A DNA stretch of 58,104 bases, taken from assembly GCA_031421295.1 (NCBI GenBank), contig JANOOJ010000194.1:1-58104 (forward strand), written 5' to 3'. This DNA is from Novosphingobium sp. GTDB taxonomy: Bacteria; Pseudomonadota; Alphaproteobacteria; Sphingomonadales; Sphingomonadaceae. The notes under the pieces are model-generated. The model saw nothing but the letters and a program-made list of their open reading frames with translations, did not search any database and was not told the DNA's origin. Positions 8,738 through 17,574 of the stretch are shown here, piece after piece (within the stretch, counting starts at the first letter, position 1; each line of letters starts with the position of its first letter). Position numbers and translations under genes: made by a program.

Positions 8738-9666
8738 CAGCTCTTTATTCGCTGGCCGGCAAGCGCGTCTGGGTCGCCGGGCATCGCGGCATGGTCGGCG
8801 CGGCGCTGGTCCGGCGGCTGGCGCGCGAAGACTGCGAAGTCCTGACCGCCGGGCGCGAGACGCTCGATCTCACCGATCAGCTGGCGGTGCGCGATTGGCT
8901 GGCGGCGGAGCGCCCGCAGGCGGTGTTCCTCGCTGCGGCGCGGGTCGGCGGGATCCTCGCCAACGATACCCGCCCGGTCGATTTCCTGCTCGACAATCTC
9001 CTGATCGAAACTGCGGTGCTGGCGGGCGCGCAGGCGGCGGGCGTGGAGAAGCTGCTGTTCCTCGGCTCCAGCTGCATCTACCCGCGACTGGCCGAGCAGC
9101 CGATCCGCGAGGACGCGCTGCTGACCGGGCCGCTCGAGCCGACCAACGAATGGTACGCGATTGCCAAGATCGCCGGGATCAAACTGGCGCAGGCCTATCG
9201 CCAGCAGCACGGCAGCGACTTCATCTCGGCGATGCCGACCAATCTTTACGGACCCGGCGACAATTTCGATCTCGCTTCAAGCCACGTCCTGCCCGCGCTG
9301 ATCCGCAAGGTGCATGAGGCAAAGCTCGCTGGCACCCCTGTAACCATCTGGGGCAGTGGCAACCCGCACCGCGAATTCCTTTATGTCGAGGATTGCGCCG
9401 ACGCCTGCGTCCATCTGATGCAGCATTATTCGCATCCCGATCCGGTCAATGTCGGGACCGGGGTGGATTTGTCGATCATCGCGCTAACCCGGCTGGTGAT
9501 GGACGTGCTCGGCTACGACGGGCCGATCGAAACCGACCCCGGCAAGCCCGACGGCACCCCGCGCAAGCTGCTCGACGTGAGCAAGCTCGATGCGCTCGGT
9601 TGGCGCGCCACCACCCCGCTGCGCGAGGGGATCGCGCTTACTTACGCGGCCTTTCTCAAAGCCTGA
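8734..9666 (+). CDS. fcl: GDP-L-fucose synthase
   Basis: GTG start overlapping the upstream stop; VAGHRGMVG, LFLGSSCIYP, LEPTNEWYAIAKIAG, MPTNLYGPGDNF, KPDGTPRKLLD. Confidence 0.95.
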   Translation: MTALYSLAGKRVWVAGHRGMVGAALVRRLAREDCEVLTAGRETLDLTDQLAVRDWLAAERPQAVFLAAARVGGILANDTRPVDFLLDNLLIETAVLAGAQAAGVEKLLFLGSSCIYPRLAEQPIREDALLTGPLEPTNEWYAIAKIAGIKLAQAYRQQHGSDFISAMPTNLYGPGDNFDLASSHVLPALIRKVHEAKLAGTPVTIWGSGNPHREFLYVEDCADACVHLMQHYSHPDPVNVGTGVDLSIIALTRLVMDVLGYDGPIETDPGKPDGTPRKLLDVSKLDALGWRATTPLREGIALTYAAFLKA

Positions 9667-10450
9667 AAACCCCCTCGACCACCGTCACGCATTGCCCGCC
9701 CAGCCAAGCCAGCGCGCCATCGCGGCGGCAGGTCAGCGCCCCGCCGCGCGCCGAGGCCTGGAATGCGGTAAAGCTCTCGCGCCCAAGTTTGTCGGCCCAG
9801 AACGGGGTAAGCACCGCATGCGCCGAGCCGGTCACGCTGTCCTCGGGCACCCCGGCACCCGGCACGAATACCCGGCTGACGACGTCGGTGTCGCGGCCCG
9901 GCGCAGTGACAATGAACTGCTGCTCGCCCAATCCGCCCAGCGCGGCGATGTCCGGCGTCAGATTGCAGACCTGATCCTTATCGGCGAGCAGGAAGACATT
10001 GTAGTGCCCATCGGGCGAGCGCCAGACTTCCTGCACAGCGGCACCCAAGGCGGCGACCGCCTGCGGCCACTCGCCCGGCGCGGTCGGGATCCCGGGCAGG
10101 GCGACTTCATATTCATTGCCCAGCCGCCGCACTTCGAGCACCCCCGCCTGCCGGGTCCGGAACCGCACCCGCTCGAGCGCCGGATCGAGCCCGAGCAGAA
10201 CATGGCCCGAGGCGAGCGTGGCGTGGCCGCACAGCCGGATTTCGACTTCGGGGGTGAACCAGCGCAACTCCCAGTCGGACTCGCCGCTCGCATCGCGCAC
10301 CACAAACGCCGTTTCGGCAAACAGGTTCTCGGCACCGATCGCCTGCAGCACTGCATCATCGAGCCAAGTGTCGAGAATCATCACCGCCGCCTGATTGCCG
10401 GCAAAAGCGCGGTCGGCGAAGGCATCGACGTGCCAATAGGGAATGGTCAT
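9656..10450 (-). CDS. PhzF family isomerase
   Basis: VDAFADRAFAGNQAAV, ETAFV, LRWFTPEVEIRLCGHATLAS, EDSVTGSAH. Confidence 0.93.
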   Translation of the reverse strand: MTIPYWHVDAFADRAFAGNQAAVMILDTWLDDAVLQAIGAENLFAETAFVVRDASGESDWELRWFTPEVEIRLCGHATLASGHVLLGLDPALERVRFRTRQAGVLEVRRLGNEYEVALPGIPTAPGEWPQAVAALGAAVQEVWRSPDGHYNVFLLADKDQVCNLTPDIAALGGLGEQQFIVTAPGRDTDVVSRVFVPGAGVPEDSVTGSAHAVLTPFWADKLGRESFTAFQASARGGALTCRRDGALAWLGGQCVTVVEGVFRL

Positions 10451-11319
10451 TTTAGCGCCTCCGGTTCGGGATGGATGATCACTTCGACGCCGGGGAATTC
10501 CTTCATCAACCGCGCCTCGATCTCGTCCATCACGCGGTGCGCCGCGCTCAGGCTCATCCCGCCATCGACCCACACGCAGAACTGGACGAAGTCGCGGTCG
10601 CCCGAGCTGCGGGTGCGCATATCGTGGACGCCCTTGAGTTCGGGCTGGCGCGCGACGACCTCGAGGAACTGCGCCTTCCGCTCATCGGGCCATTCCTGGT
10701 CCATCAGCTGCTCGATCGCCGCCTGCGAGGCGCGCCATGCACCCCACCCCAGCCACGCCGCGATGGCGAGGCCGAACAGCGGGTCGGCTCCGCCAAATCC
10801 GGCATAGCGATCGAGCGCCAGCGCCGCGATCACCGCGAGGTTGAGCGCAAGGTCCGAGCGGTAGTGGAGATTGTCGGTGGCGATGGCGAGGCTGCCGGTC
10901 TGCGCGATGACGCGGGCCTGCCAGGCGAGCAACGCGAGCGTTGCAGCGATAGCGATGACCGAAACCGCGATGCCCTCGTTCGCGCCGGACGGCCGCGCTC
11001 CCGCGACCAGCTGGGTCAGCGCGCGGAACGCGAGGGTCAGCGCCGAGAGCGAGATCAGCACCACCTGGAACATCGCCGCCAGCGCTTCGGCCTTGCCATG
11101 GCCAAAGCGGTGATCGTCGTCGGCGGGCATTGCCGCGATCCACACTCCCGCGAGCGTCGCGATACTCGCAACCAGATCGAGCATCGTATCCGCGAGGCTG
11201 CCGAGCATCGCGGTCGAGCCGGTCGACCACGCCGCCCAGCCCTTGAGCCCGACCAGCAGCAGCGCCACCGCGATGCTGGCGTAGGCCGCGCTGCGATTGA
11301 GGGAGGCGGCGGTTCTCAT
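10447..11319 (-). CDS. Cation diffusion facilitator transporter (FieF-like)
   Basis: Six TMs, SLADTMLD, HRFGHGKAEA, DNLHYRSD, C-terminal IIHPEP. Confidence 0.93.
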   Translation of the reverse strand: MRTAASLNRSAAYASIAVALLLVGLKGWAAWSTGSTAMLGSLADTMLDLVASIATLAGVWIAAMPADDDHRFGHGKAEALAAMFQVVLISLSALTLAFRALTQLVAGARPSGANEGIAVSVIAIAATLALLAWQARVIAQTGSLAIATDNLHYRSDLALNLAVIAALALDRYAGFGGADPLFGLAIAAWLGWGAWRASQAAIEQLMDQEWPDERKAQFLEVVARQPELKGVHDMRTRSSGDRDFVQFCVWVDGGMSLSAAHRVMDEIEARLMKEFPGVEVIIHPEPEALK

Positions 11320-11335
11320 GGATAGAGGCCAATCT

Positions 11336-11944
11336 TCACGGGTATAGAAGGCTGCTGGTCCAGCTGCCATCGACCCGGCGGGTGAAGCGGCGACGATCGT
11401 GCAGCCGATGCGTGCGGTCGCACCAGAATTCGATCGCCCGAGGGGTCAGGCAGAATCCGGTCCAGTGCGGCGGGCGCGGCACGGCGTCGGGATATTGCCC
11501 GGCGAGTTCGGCATAGCGCTCGAGGAAGGTGGTACGGTCGGCGAGCGGCGCGGACTGGTCCGAGGCCAGCGCGCCAAGCTGCGAATCGCGGCTGCGGCTG
11601 GAAAAATAGGCATCTGCGGCTCCCGCATCGACTTCGCCGAGCGAGCCTTCGATGCGGATCTGGCGGCGCAGCGACTTCCAGTGAAACAGCAGCGCGGCCC
11701 TCGGATTGGCGAGAATTTCCCCGCCCTTGCGGCTGTGGCTGTTGGTATAGAAAGTAAAACCGTCCGGTCCGTGGCCCTTGAGCAGAACCATCCGCACCGA
11801 AGGCACGCCGTCGGGCGTCGCGGTGGCGAGCGCCATCGCATTGCCGTCGTTGGGCTCGCGCGCGCGCGCTTCAGCGAACCACGCTTCGAACAGTGCAAAG
11901 GGGTCACTGTCGGGGATTACGCTCTGTGCCGGGTCGAAAGTCAC
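11336..11944 (-). CDS. pdxH: Pyridoxamine 5'-phosphate oxidase
   Basis: AMALAT, PSVRMVLLKG, FYTNSHSRKG, RQIRIEG, SRDSQLGA, IEFW...RLHDR, ends LYP. Start approximate (GTG 11944). Confidence 0.95.
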   Translation of the reverse strand: MTFDPAQSVIPDSDPFALFEAWFAEARAREPNDGNAMALATATPDGVPSVRMVLLKGHGPDGFTFYTNSHSRKGGEILANPRAALLFHWKSLRRQIRIEGSLGEVDAGAADAYFSSRSRDSQLGALASDQSAPLADRTTFLERYAELAGQYPDAVPRPPHWTGFCLTPRAIEFWCDRTHRLHDRRRFTRRVDGSWTSSLLYP

Positions 11945-12118
11945 GCTATGTCCGTCTGGAAAGTCACACAAAAGTCTCACGTAAAGCAGCACGGTCTCGC
12001 GCCGGGATGCGAGCGGATTGGCATCGCGTCCCCGCTGCGACCGCTTCGCCATAGCTACGCGCGGCGCTGTAGGAAAGCACGGCTTGCCCCGGCGGGCCGC
12101 GCAACCTAGCTAGGCGGC

Positions 12119-13051
12119 ATGGCCGATCCCTATTCCACCCTGGGCGTGGCGCGCAGCGCCAGCGAGAAGGACATCAAGTCCGCGTACCGCAAGCTCGCCA
12201 AGGAACTTCATCCCGATCGCAACCGCGACAATCCCAAAGCGGCCGAGCGCTTCAACGTCGTGACGCAGGCCTACGATCTGCTGTCCGACAAGGACAAGCG
12301 CGCCCGGTTCGATCGCGGCGAGATCGATGCCGACGGCAACCCCGCCGGGTTCGGCTTCGGCGGAGGCTCCGGTGCAGGGTTTGGGGCAGGCGGCCAGCGC
12401 GGCTTTCGCGCCGACGGTTTCGAAGGCTTCGGCGGTGGCGCGCCCGAAGGGGTCGATCTGGGCGACATTTTCGAAGGCCTGTTCGGCGGGCGCGGGGGAA
12501 TGGGCGGCGGGCAGCAACGCCGCGCCGCGCCCAAGGGTGCCAATGTCCAATACCGCCTCAACGTCACGCTGCCCGATGCCGCGACCCGCGCAACGCAGCG
12601 CATCACCCTGGCCGATGGCAAGACGATCGACCTCAAGCTGCCCGCCGGGGTCGAGGATGGCACCCAGATGCGGCTGGCGGGCAAGGGCGAGGCCGGGCCG
12701 GGCGGCAATGGCGATGCCACGGTGCTGATCCAGTTGCAGGCCCACGCCTTCTACAAGCGCGAGGGCGACAATCTGCGGCTCGACCTGCCGGTGACGCTGG
12801 ACGAGGCGGTAAACGGCGCAAAGGTCAAAGTACCCAGCCCCGATGGCGCGGTGATGCTGACCGTCGCTCCGGGGAGCAGTTCGGGCAAGGTCCTGCGCCT
12901 CAAGGGCCGGGGCTTCAGCCGAAAGGACGGGACCCGCGGCGACCAGCTGGTCACGCTTGAGGTACAATTGCCCGAGGGGGATGCCGATCTCGCCAGGCGG
13001 CTCGAAGGCTGGAGCGATCCGCGCCCGCTGCGCGCGCGGCTGGGAGTCTGA
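12119..13051 (+). CDS. Class B J-domain protein (DnaJ/CbpA-like, no zinc finger)
   Basis: DPYSTLGV...AYRKLAKELHPDRN, G/F-rich linker, DnaJ C-terminal domain. Confidence 0.93.
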   Translation: MADPYSTLGVARSASEKDIKSAYRKLAKELHPDRNRDNPKAAERFNVVTQAYDLLSDKDKRARFDRGEIDADGNPAGFGFGGGSGAGFGAGGQRGFRADGFEGFGGGAPEGVDLGDIFEGLFGGRGGMGGGQQRRAAPKGANVQYRLNVTLPDAATRATQRITLADGKTIDLKLPAGVEDGTQMRLAGKGEAGPGGNGDATVLIQLQAHAFYKREGDNLRLDLPVTLDEAVNGAKVKVPSPDGAVMLTVAPGSSSGKVLRLKGRGFSRKDGTRGDQLVTLEVQLPEGDADLARRLEGWSDPRPLRARLGV

Positions 13052-13055
13052 CGCG

Positions 13056-14114
13056 CTGTCGCTGATCCACGCCCCGGCGGTCGAGGAACGGCCCGTTGCG
13101 CAGGTCCAGCCCGCGCCCGATGCGCCCGCACTGAGCGTCCCCGACCTTTCGCCCGAAGCGCGCCGCAAGCAGGCGCTGCGCTGGCGCGCCGGCTTGCAGG
13201 AGCGGGTAAAACAGACGGCCGGGCCGGGTACCAGGCTCCACCAGATCGTCACAAGGGTGTGGACCGGGGCCTATAACGACGGCTTCATTCACGCTGGCAA
13301 TCTGGCCTATATGTCGCTTATCTCGCTGTTTCCGTTTTTCATCATGGTCGCAGCAATCGTCTCGCTGATCGGCGAGCCGCAGCAGCAGCTCGCGTCGCTC
13401 CATGCCGTCCTGCTCACCGTGCCGCGCGATGTCGCTGCGGTGGTCGAGCCTGTCGCGCGGCAGGTCATCGCCGCGCGTTCGGGCTGGCTCTTGTGGGTGG
13501 GCGGGCTGGTCGGACTATGGACCGTGGGCAGCCTGGTCGAAACCATCCGCGACATATTGCGCCGCGCCTATGGGACCCGCGCGACGCAGGCGTTCTGGCG
13601 CTATCGCCTGCTTTCTACGGGCGTGATCCTGGCGTCGGTGGTGCTGCTGCTCGCGTCCTTGCTGGCCGGGGTCCTGCTCGGTGCGGCGCAGGAAGTGGTC
13701 GATGCGTGGTTCCCGCTGGTGGCCGACAGCTACCACCAGCTATCGCTCTCGCGCTTCATCCCCGCGCTGGGGCTTTATCTTTCGCTGTTCCTGTTGTTCG
13801 TCTCGCTGACCCCCAGCACCTATCGCGGGCGCAACTTTCCCAAATGGCCGGGCGCGCTGTTGACCACGGCGTGGTGGATCGGGGTGACCGCGCTGCTTCC
13901 GGTCGTGCTGCGCAGCCTGTTCGCTTACGATCTGACTTACGGCAGCCTGGCGGGGGTGATGATCGCGCTTTTCTTTTTCTGGCTGGTCGGCCTAGGGATG
14001 GTGATCGGGGCCGAGCTCAATGCGGCCCTCGCCGAGACGCCCGAAGAGCGCGATATGCTGGGGCAGACCGACAATCGCGCGCGGGCGGTAGTGGACGGAG
14101 AAACGAGCGAATGA
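13056..14114 (+). CDS. YihY/BrkB family membrane protein
   Basis: AGNLAYMSLISLFPF, YDLTYGSLAGVMIALFFFWL..GAELN; start uncertain (ORF open from 12957). Confidence 0.88.
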   Translation: MSLIHAPAVEERPVAQVQPAPDAPALSVPDLSPEARRKQALRWRAGLQERVKQTAGPGTRLHQIVTRVWTGAYNDGFIHAGNLAYMSLISLFPFFIMVAAIVSLIGEPQQQLASLHAVLLTVPRDVAAVVEPVARQVIAARSGWLLWVGGLVGLWTVGSLVETIRDILRRAYGTRATQAFWRYRLLSTGVILASVVLLLASLLAGVLLGAAQEVVDAWFPLVADSYHQLSLSRFIPALGLYLSLFLLFVSLTPSTYRGRNFPKWPGALLTTAWWIGVTALLPVVLRSLFAYDLTYGSLAGVMIALFFFWLVGLGMVIGAELNAALAETPEERDMLGQTDNRARAVVDGETSE

Positions 14115-14917
14115 CCGGGCTGATGAAGGGCAAACGCGGGCTGATCATGGGGCTGGCCAACGACAAGTCGCTGGCCTGGGGGATCGCGCAGAAACTGCAC
14201 GAGGCCGGCGCGGAACTCGCCTTTTCGTATCAGGGCGAAGCGCTGGAAAAGCGCGTCCGCCCGCTCGCCGATAGCGTTGGCAGCGATTTCCTGATCGAAT
14301 GCGACGTGTCCGATATGGGCGCGCTCGATACCGCTTTCGCAACGCTCAAGGCGCGCTGGCCGGTGCTCGACTTCGTGGTCCATGCGATCGGCTTTTCCGA
14401 CAAGGCCGAACTGCGCGGCCTGTATCTCGACACCAGCCTCGAAAACTTTCAGATGACGATGAACATCTCGGCCTACGGTCTGGTCGCGGTGACCCAGCGG
14501 GCTGCGGCGATGATGCCCGAGGCTGGCGGCAGCGTGCTGACGCTGAGCTATTACGGGGCGGAAAAGGTCATCCCGCACTACAATGTAATGGGGGTGGCCA
14601 AGGCTGCGCTGGAAGCCAGCGTCAAATATCTCGCCAACGACCTTGGCCCGCGCAATATTCGCGTCAACGCAATCTCGGCCGGGCCGATCAAGACCCTGGC
14701 CGCCTCGGGCATCGGGGATTTCCGCTACATCCTCAAGTGGAACGAGCTCAACTCACCGCTGCGCCGCAACGTCACGATCGAGGATGTCGGCGGGGCCGGG
14801 CTGTATTTGCTCTCGGATCTTGCCTCGGGCGTGACCGGCGAGATCCATCACGTCGATGGCGGCTACAATGTGATCGGCATGAAGCAGGAAGACGCGCCGG
14901 ACATTGCCTTGGCCTGA
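14111..14917 (+). CDS. fabI: Enoyl-ACP reductase FabI
   Basis: GKRGLIMGLANDKSLAWGIA, YNVMGVAKAALEASVKYLA, NAISAGPIKTLAASGI. Confidence 0.97.
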   Translation: MTGLMKGKRGLIMGLANDKSLAWGIAQKLHEAGAELAFSYQGEALEKRVRPLADSVGSDFLIECDVSDMGALDTAFATLKARWPVLDFVVHAIGFSDKAELRGLYLDTSLENFQMTMNISAYGLVAVTQRAAAMMPEAGGSVLTLSYYGAEKVIPHYNVMGVAKAALEASVKYLANDLGPRNIRVNAISAGPIKTLAASGIGDFRYILKWNELNSPLRRNVTIEDVGGAGLYLLSDLASGVTGEIHHVDGGYNVIGMKQEDAPDIALA

Positions 14918-14929
14918 ACCGGACTTGCG

Positions 14930-14985
14930 CTAGCGTTTTTCCGACTTCCGTCGGGCTGGTGCCGTCTTAAGCGGAAAAACGCTAG
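14930..14985. repeat. 56 bp CTAG-ended miniature inverted-repeat element, copy 1
   Basis: Perfect 14 bp terminal inverted repeats CTAGCGTTTTTCCG/CGGAAAAACGCTAG; near-identical inverted copy at 27631-27690. Confidence 0.85.
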
Positions 14986-16355
14986 ATCTGCACCAGTTGA
15001 CGAGGTGCTGCCGGATCGGCGTGGCGACGGCGACCGCTGCTCCGTGCCGCTTCGGGCACGCGGACCAGCAGGACGCAAGCCAGCGCCATGATCGAGCTCA
15101 TCGCCGCAGTGCGCAGTGGATAGTCGACCAGGCTGTGCAGCAGCTCGACCCCGATTACCGTGCTGGCCGCCAGTGCCATCACCTGCGTCCGGTCGCCGCG
15201 CCACAGCTCGAGCGCCCGGGGCACGAACCAGGCGAGGAACGCTGCAAGCGCGGCAAGACCGAAGATCCCGGTCTCGATCAACAGCTCGAGCAGGTCGTCG
15301 TGCGCGTGATTGACATAGGTGGTGCCGACATTGGCGGTATCTTCGTACCAGCGGTAGATGTCCTGGAACGTCCCGAGCCCGGTGCCGAACGGTGCAAAAT
15401 CGCGCAGGATCCGCGCGCCGGTGAAGAGGAATTCCTGGCGGCTGATCCCCGCAGTCGCGCTCTTGGCGGTCAGATCGTTGGCGACCGGCCCGAAGAACAG
15501 GAACGCCAGCATTCCGGCCAGAACGACCGCGCCGAGCCCGATCACCGCAGGCAATGACATCCGCCAATCGGGCCGCGCCAGCAGCGCGAGGGTCACCAGC
15601 ACCGGCACCAGCAGCACGACGCAGGCCAGCGATCCGCTGATCAGCACACCGAACGCCAGCAATGCGCCCAGACCCAGCTGCAACATCGGGGTCGAGCTGC
15701 GCCACTTGCGCCGCCGGTCCTGGCGCATCTCCGAGACGACGGAGCCGCCCCATAGCGCCAGCGCGCAGAGCAGGAAGCTGCCCTGATGGTTGCTGTTGGC
15801 GAAGAACCCCGGCCCTTCGCCGTAATTGGTGACCAGATAGAGATAGCCGCTGCCCGCAATCCGCTGCATCGTCCCGAGCAGCACCGACAGCCCCGCGAAC
15901 AGCGCGATCGTCATGACCAACTGGCGCACTGGCGGGCCGCCTTCCGACCGGGCGGCGCAAAACAGCGCCAGCGCGGGAATCCACCAGCTTAGCGCGGCGA
16001 GGCTTTTCCACGGCGCGAGCGACAAGCCCAGCCAAGGCGGCGCGATATCGAGCATGGTGAAGCCCTGCGCCACCGTATCGCGACCCGGCAAGGCCGACCA
16101 CAGCGCTGGCGGCAACGGCACGAACTGGACCAGCGCGAGGACAGCCAGCGCGATACCGAACCAGCGCAGCCCGGTCCGTGTCCGATACGGCCCCGAGCCC
16201 GACCACAGCGTCCACCCGATCAGCCCTGCCCCGAGCAGCTGGAGCAAGGTGTTGGCCGGAAACGCCGCGGCGCTGGCTCCCCCAAGCAGCAACACGGCGA
16301 CCAGATAGGCCAGCGTCGCGTTGGCGCGCGAAAAAATTGCGAATCGGGCGGTCAT
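14982..16355 (-). CDS. O-antigen ligase (WaaL/Wzy_C) family membrane protein
   Basis: About 12 TMs, GFFANSNH, PFGTGLGTF, YVNHAHDDLLELLIETGIFG, LLHSLVDYPLR. Confidence 0.9.
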   Translation of the reverse strand: MTARFAIFSRANATLAYLVAVLLLGGASAAAFPANTLLQLLGAGLIGWTLWSGSGPYRTRTGLRWFGIALAVLALVQFVPLPPALWSALPGRDTVAQGFTMLDIAPPWLGLSLAPWKSLAALSWWIPALALFCAARSEGGPPVRQLVMTIALFAGLSVLLGTMQRIAGSGYLYLVTNYGEGPGFFANSNHQGSFLLCALALWGGSVVSEMRQDRRRKWRSSTPMLQLGLGALLAFGVLISGSLACVVLLVPVLVTLALLARPDWRMSLPAVIGLGAVVLAGMLAFLFFGPVANDLTAKSATAGISRQEFLFTGARILRDFAPFGTGLGTFQDIYRWYEDTANVGTTYVNHAHDDLLELLIETGIFGLAALAAFLAWFVPRALELWRGDRTQVMALAASTVIGVELLHSLVDYPLRTAAMSSIMALACVLLVRVPEAARSSGRRRHADPAAPRQLVQI

Positions 16356-17566
16356 GAAGCGGCTCCGGGCTCAATCGTCAGCGTCCGGGCAACAATCGCC
16401 TGCGAATTGCGCTCTTCCAGCGGCAGACCAGCCAGCGCCAGCACCTGTCCGCGGCACTGGGTCGGCAGAATCGTAAAGCGCAGGGCAAGCTTTTGCCCGG
16501 TCCCCGGCGCGGCGCGCAGCGGAGTTTGCGCCAGGACATCACCGGTGTCAGCGCAGCGCAGTTGCATGGCGATGCCGCCGGGCGCGCCGCTTTCGGTGCG
16601 ATAATCGAGGATGGCGCGATAGTTTCCGGGTGCCAGTGTTACCAGCTGGCTGGCGATCAGGCCCGATTCGCGCCCGTAATACTCAAGTTCGATTCCTTTA
16701 CCTGCCACCCGTTCGGCGACGCCGGTGGAGTTCTGCTCGAGCGCCCAGTTGAACGGCGGGGGCGAGGTCCGGTCGGCAAAGTCGGGACTGTGGACCAGGC
16801 CGGGCGTCGCGCTTCGGTAACGCACCTGCCATAGCGCGCGCGCCTGCGCGAAAGCCTGGGCATTGATCATCTGGATGATCGCGAGACGGCGCGATTCCGG
16901 ATCCTCGAAGGCAACCGGCGGCAGCGAAGAGATCAGATGGACGATCAGCGCGGGCGGCTTTTTGGTCTGCGCAAACCCGCCAATGAATGGCCGGTAAAGC
17001 TCGCGGTGTGACTGCAGCGCAGCGACCGCTTCGTCGACTTGGCGGTCGGTCGAGATCGCTGCGCCAAGCGCCGCCATCAGCTGCTCGACGGCAGAGGAGT
17101 TCAACCGGTTGAGTACCGCCAGCTGATCGATCGCTTCGCCCAGATTGCCCGCCGCGACCGCGTGCCGCATCAGCAACAGCCGGGCTTCGCGCGAACGCGG
17201 GTTGCGGCGCACCGCTTCGCGCAGCAGCGCGGCATCCTGCGGCGTCCCGGCCGCAGTGCCGCGAAAGCCAGCGGCTGCGACGCCGAAGAACGGCTCGGAG
17301 GCCAGCGGCGAGCCGGGCAAGGCACGCCGCGCGGCCGCAGCGATGCCAGCCGGGACCTGGCCGTTCTTGTCCACCTCGATACTGCGCAACAGGCCGAGCT
17401 TCCCGGGGCCGAGCGCTGCCAGCGCGGGAACCCGGCGCGCTGCCGTCGTTTCGGCGCTTCGCCCGGCTGCCGCGAGGCCGGCCGCGCCGACCAGCGCAAA
17501 CGCCACGACGACGGCAATCATCCGGCGCGCAGCCGGTGAGGAATCGGAACTGGTCAATCGGGTCAC
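16352..17566 (-). CDS. Exported/anchored hypothetical protein (TPR-like middle, beta-rich C-terminus)
   Basis: N-terminal hydrophobic segment; helical LLREAVRRNPRSREARLLL...EAIDQL; C-terminal PPPFNW...QLVTLAPGNY; in operon between wzc and the ligase gene. Confidence 0.75.
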   Translation of the reverse strand: MTRLTSSDSSPAARRMIAVVVAFALVGAAGLAAAGRSAETTAARRVPALAALGPGKLGLLRSIEVDKNGQVPAGIAAAARRALPGSPLASEPFFGVAAAGFRGTAAGTPQDAALLREAVRRNPRSREARLLLMRHAVAAGNLGEAIDQLAVLNRLNSSAVEQLMAALGAAISTDRQVDEAVAALQSHRELYRPFIGGFAQTKKPPALIVHLISSLPPVAFEDPESRRLAIIQMINAQAFAQARALWQVRYRSATPGLVHSPDFADRTSPPPFNWALEQNSTGVAERVAGKGIELEYYGRESGLIASQLVTLAPGNYRAILDYRTESGAPGGIAMQLRCADTGDVLAQTPLRAAPGTGQKLALRFTILPTQCRGQVLALAGLPLEERNSQAIVARTLTIEPGAAS

Positions 17567-17574
17567 CGTCTCAC

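Noticed and set aside
8179-9666. 495 aa ORF as an N-terminally extended or fused Fcl (likewise 13493 FabI, 31238 Uxs, 48312 Coq7, 50770 EnvC extensions)
   Set aside because: Extensions are open frames overlapping upstream genes or intergenic DNA; family motifs begin at the internal starts reported.
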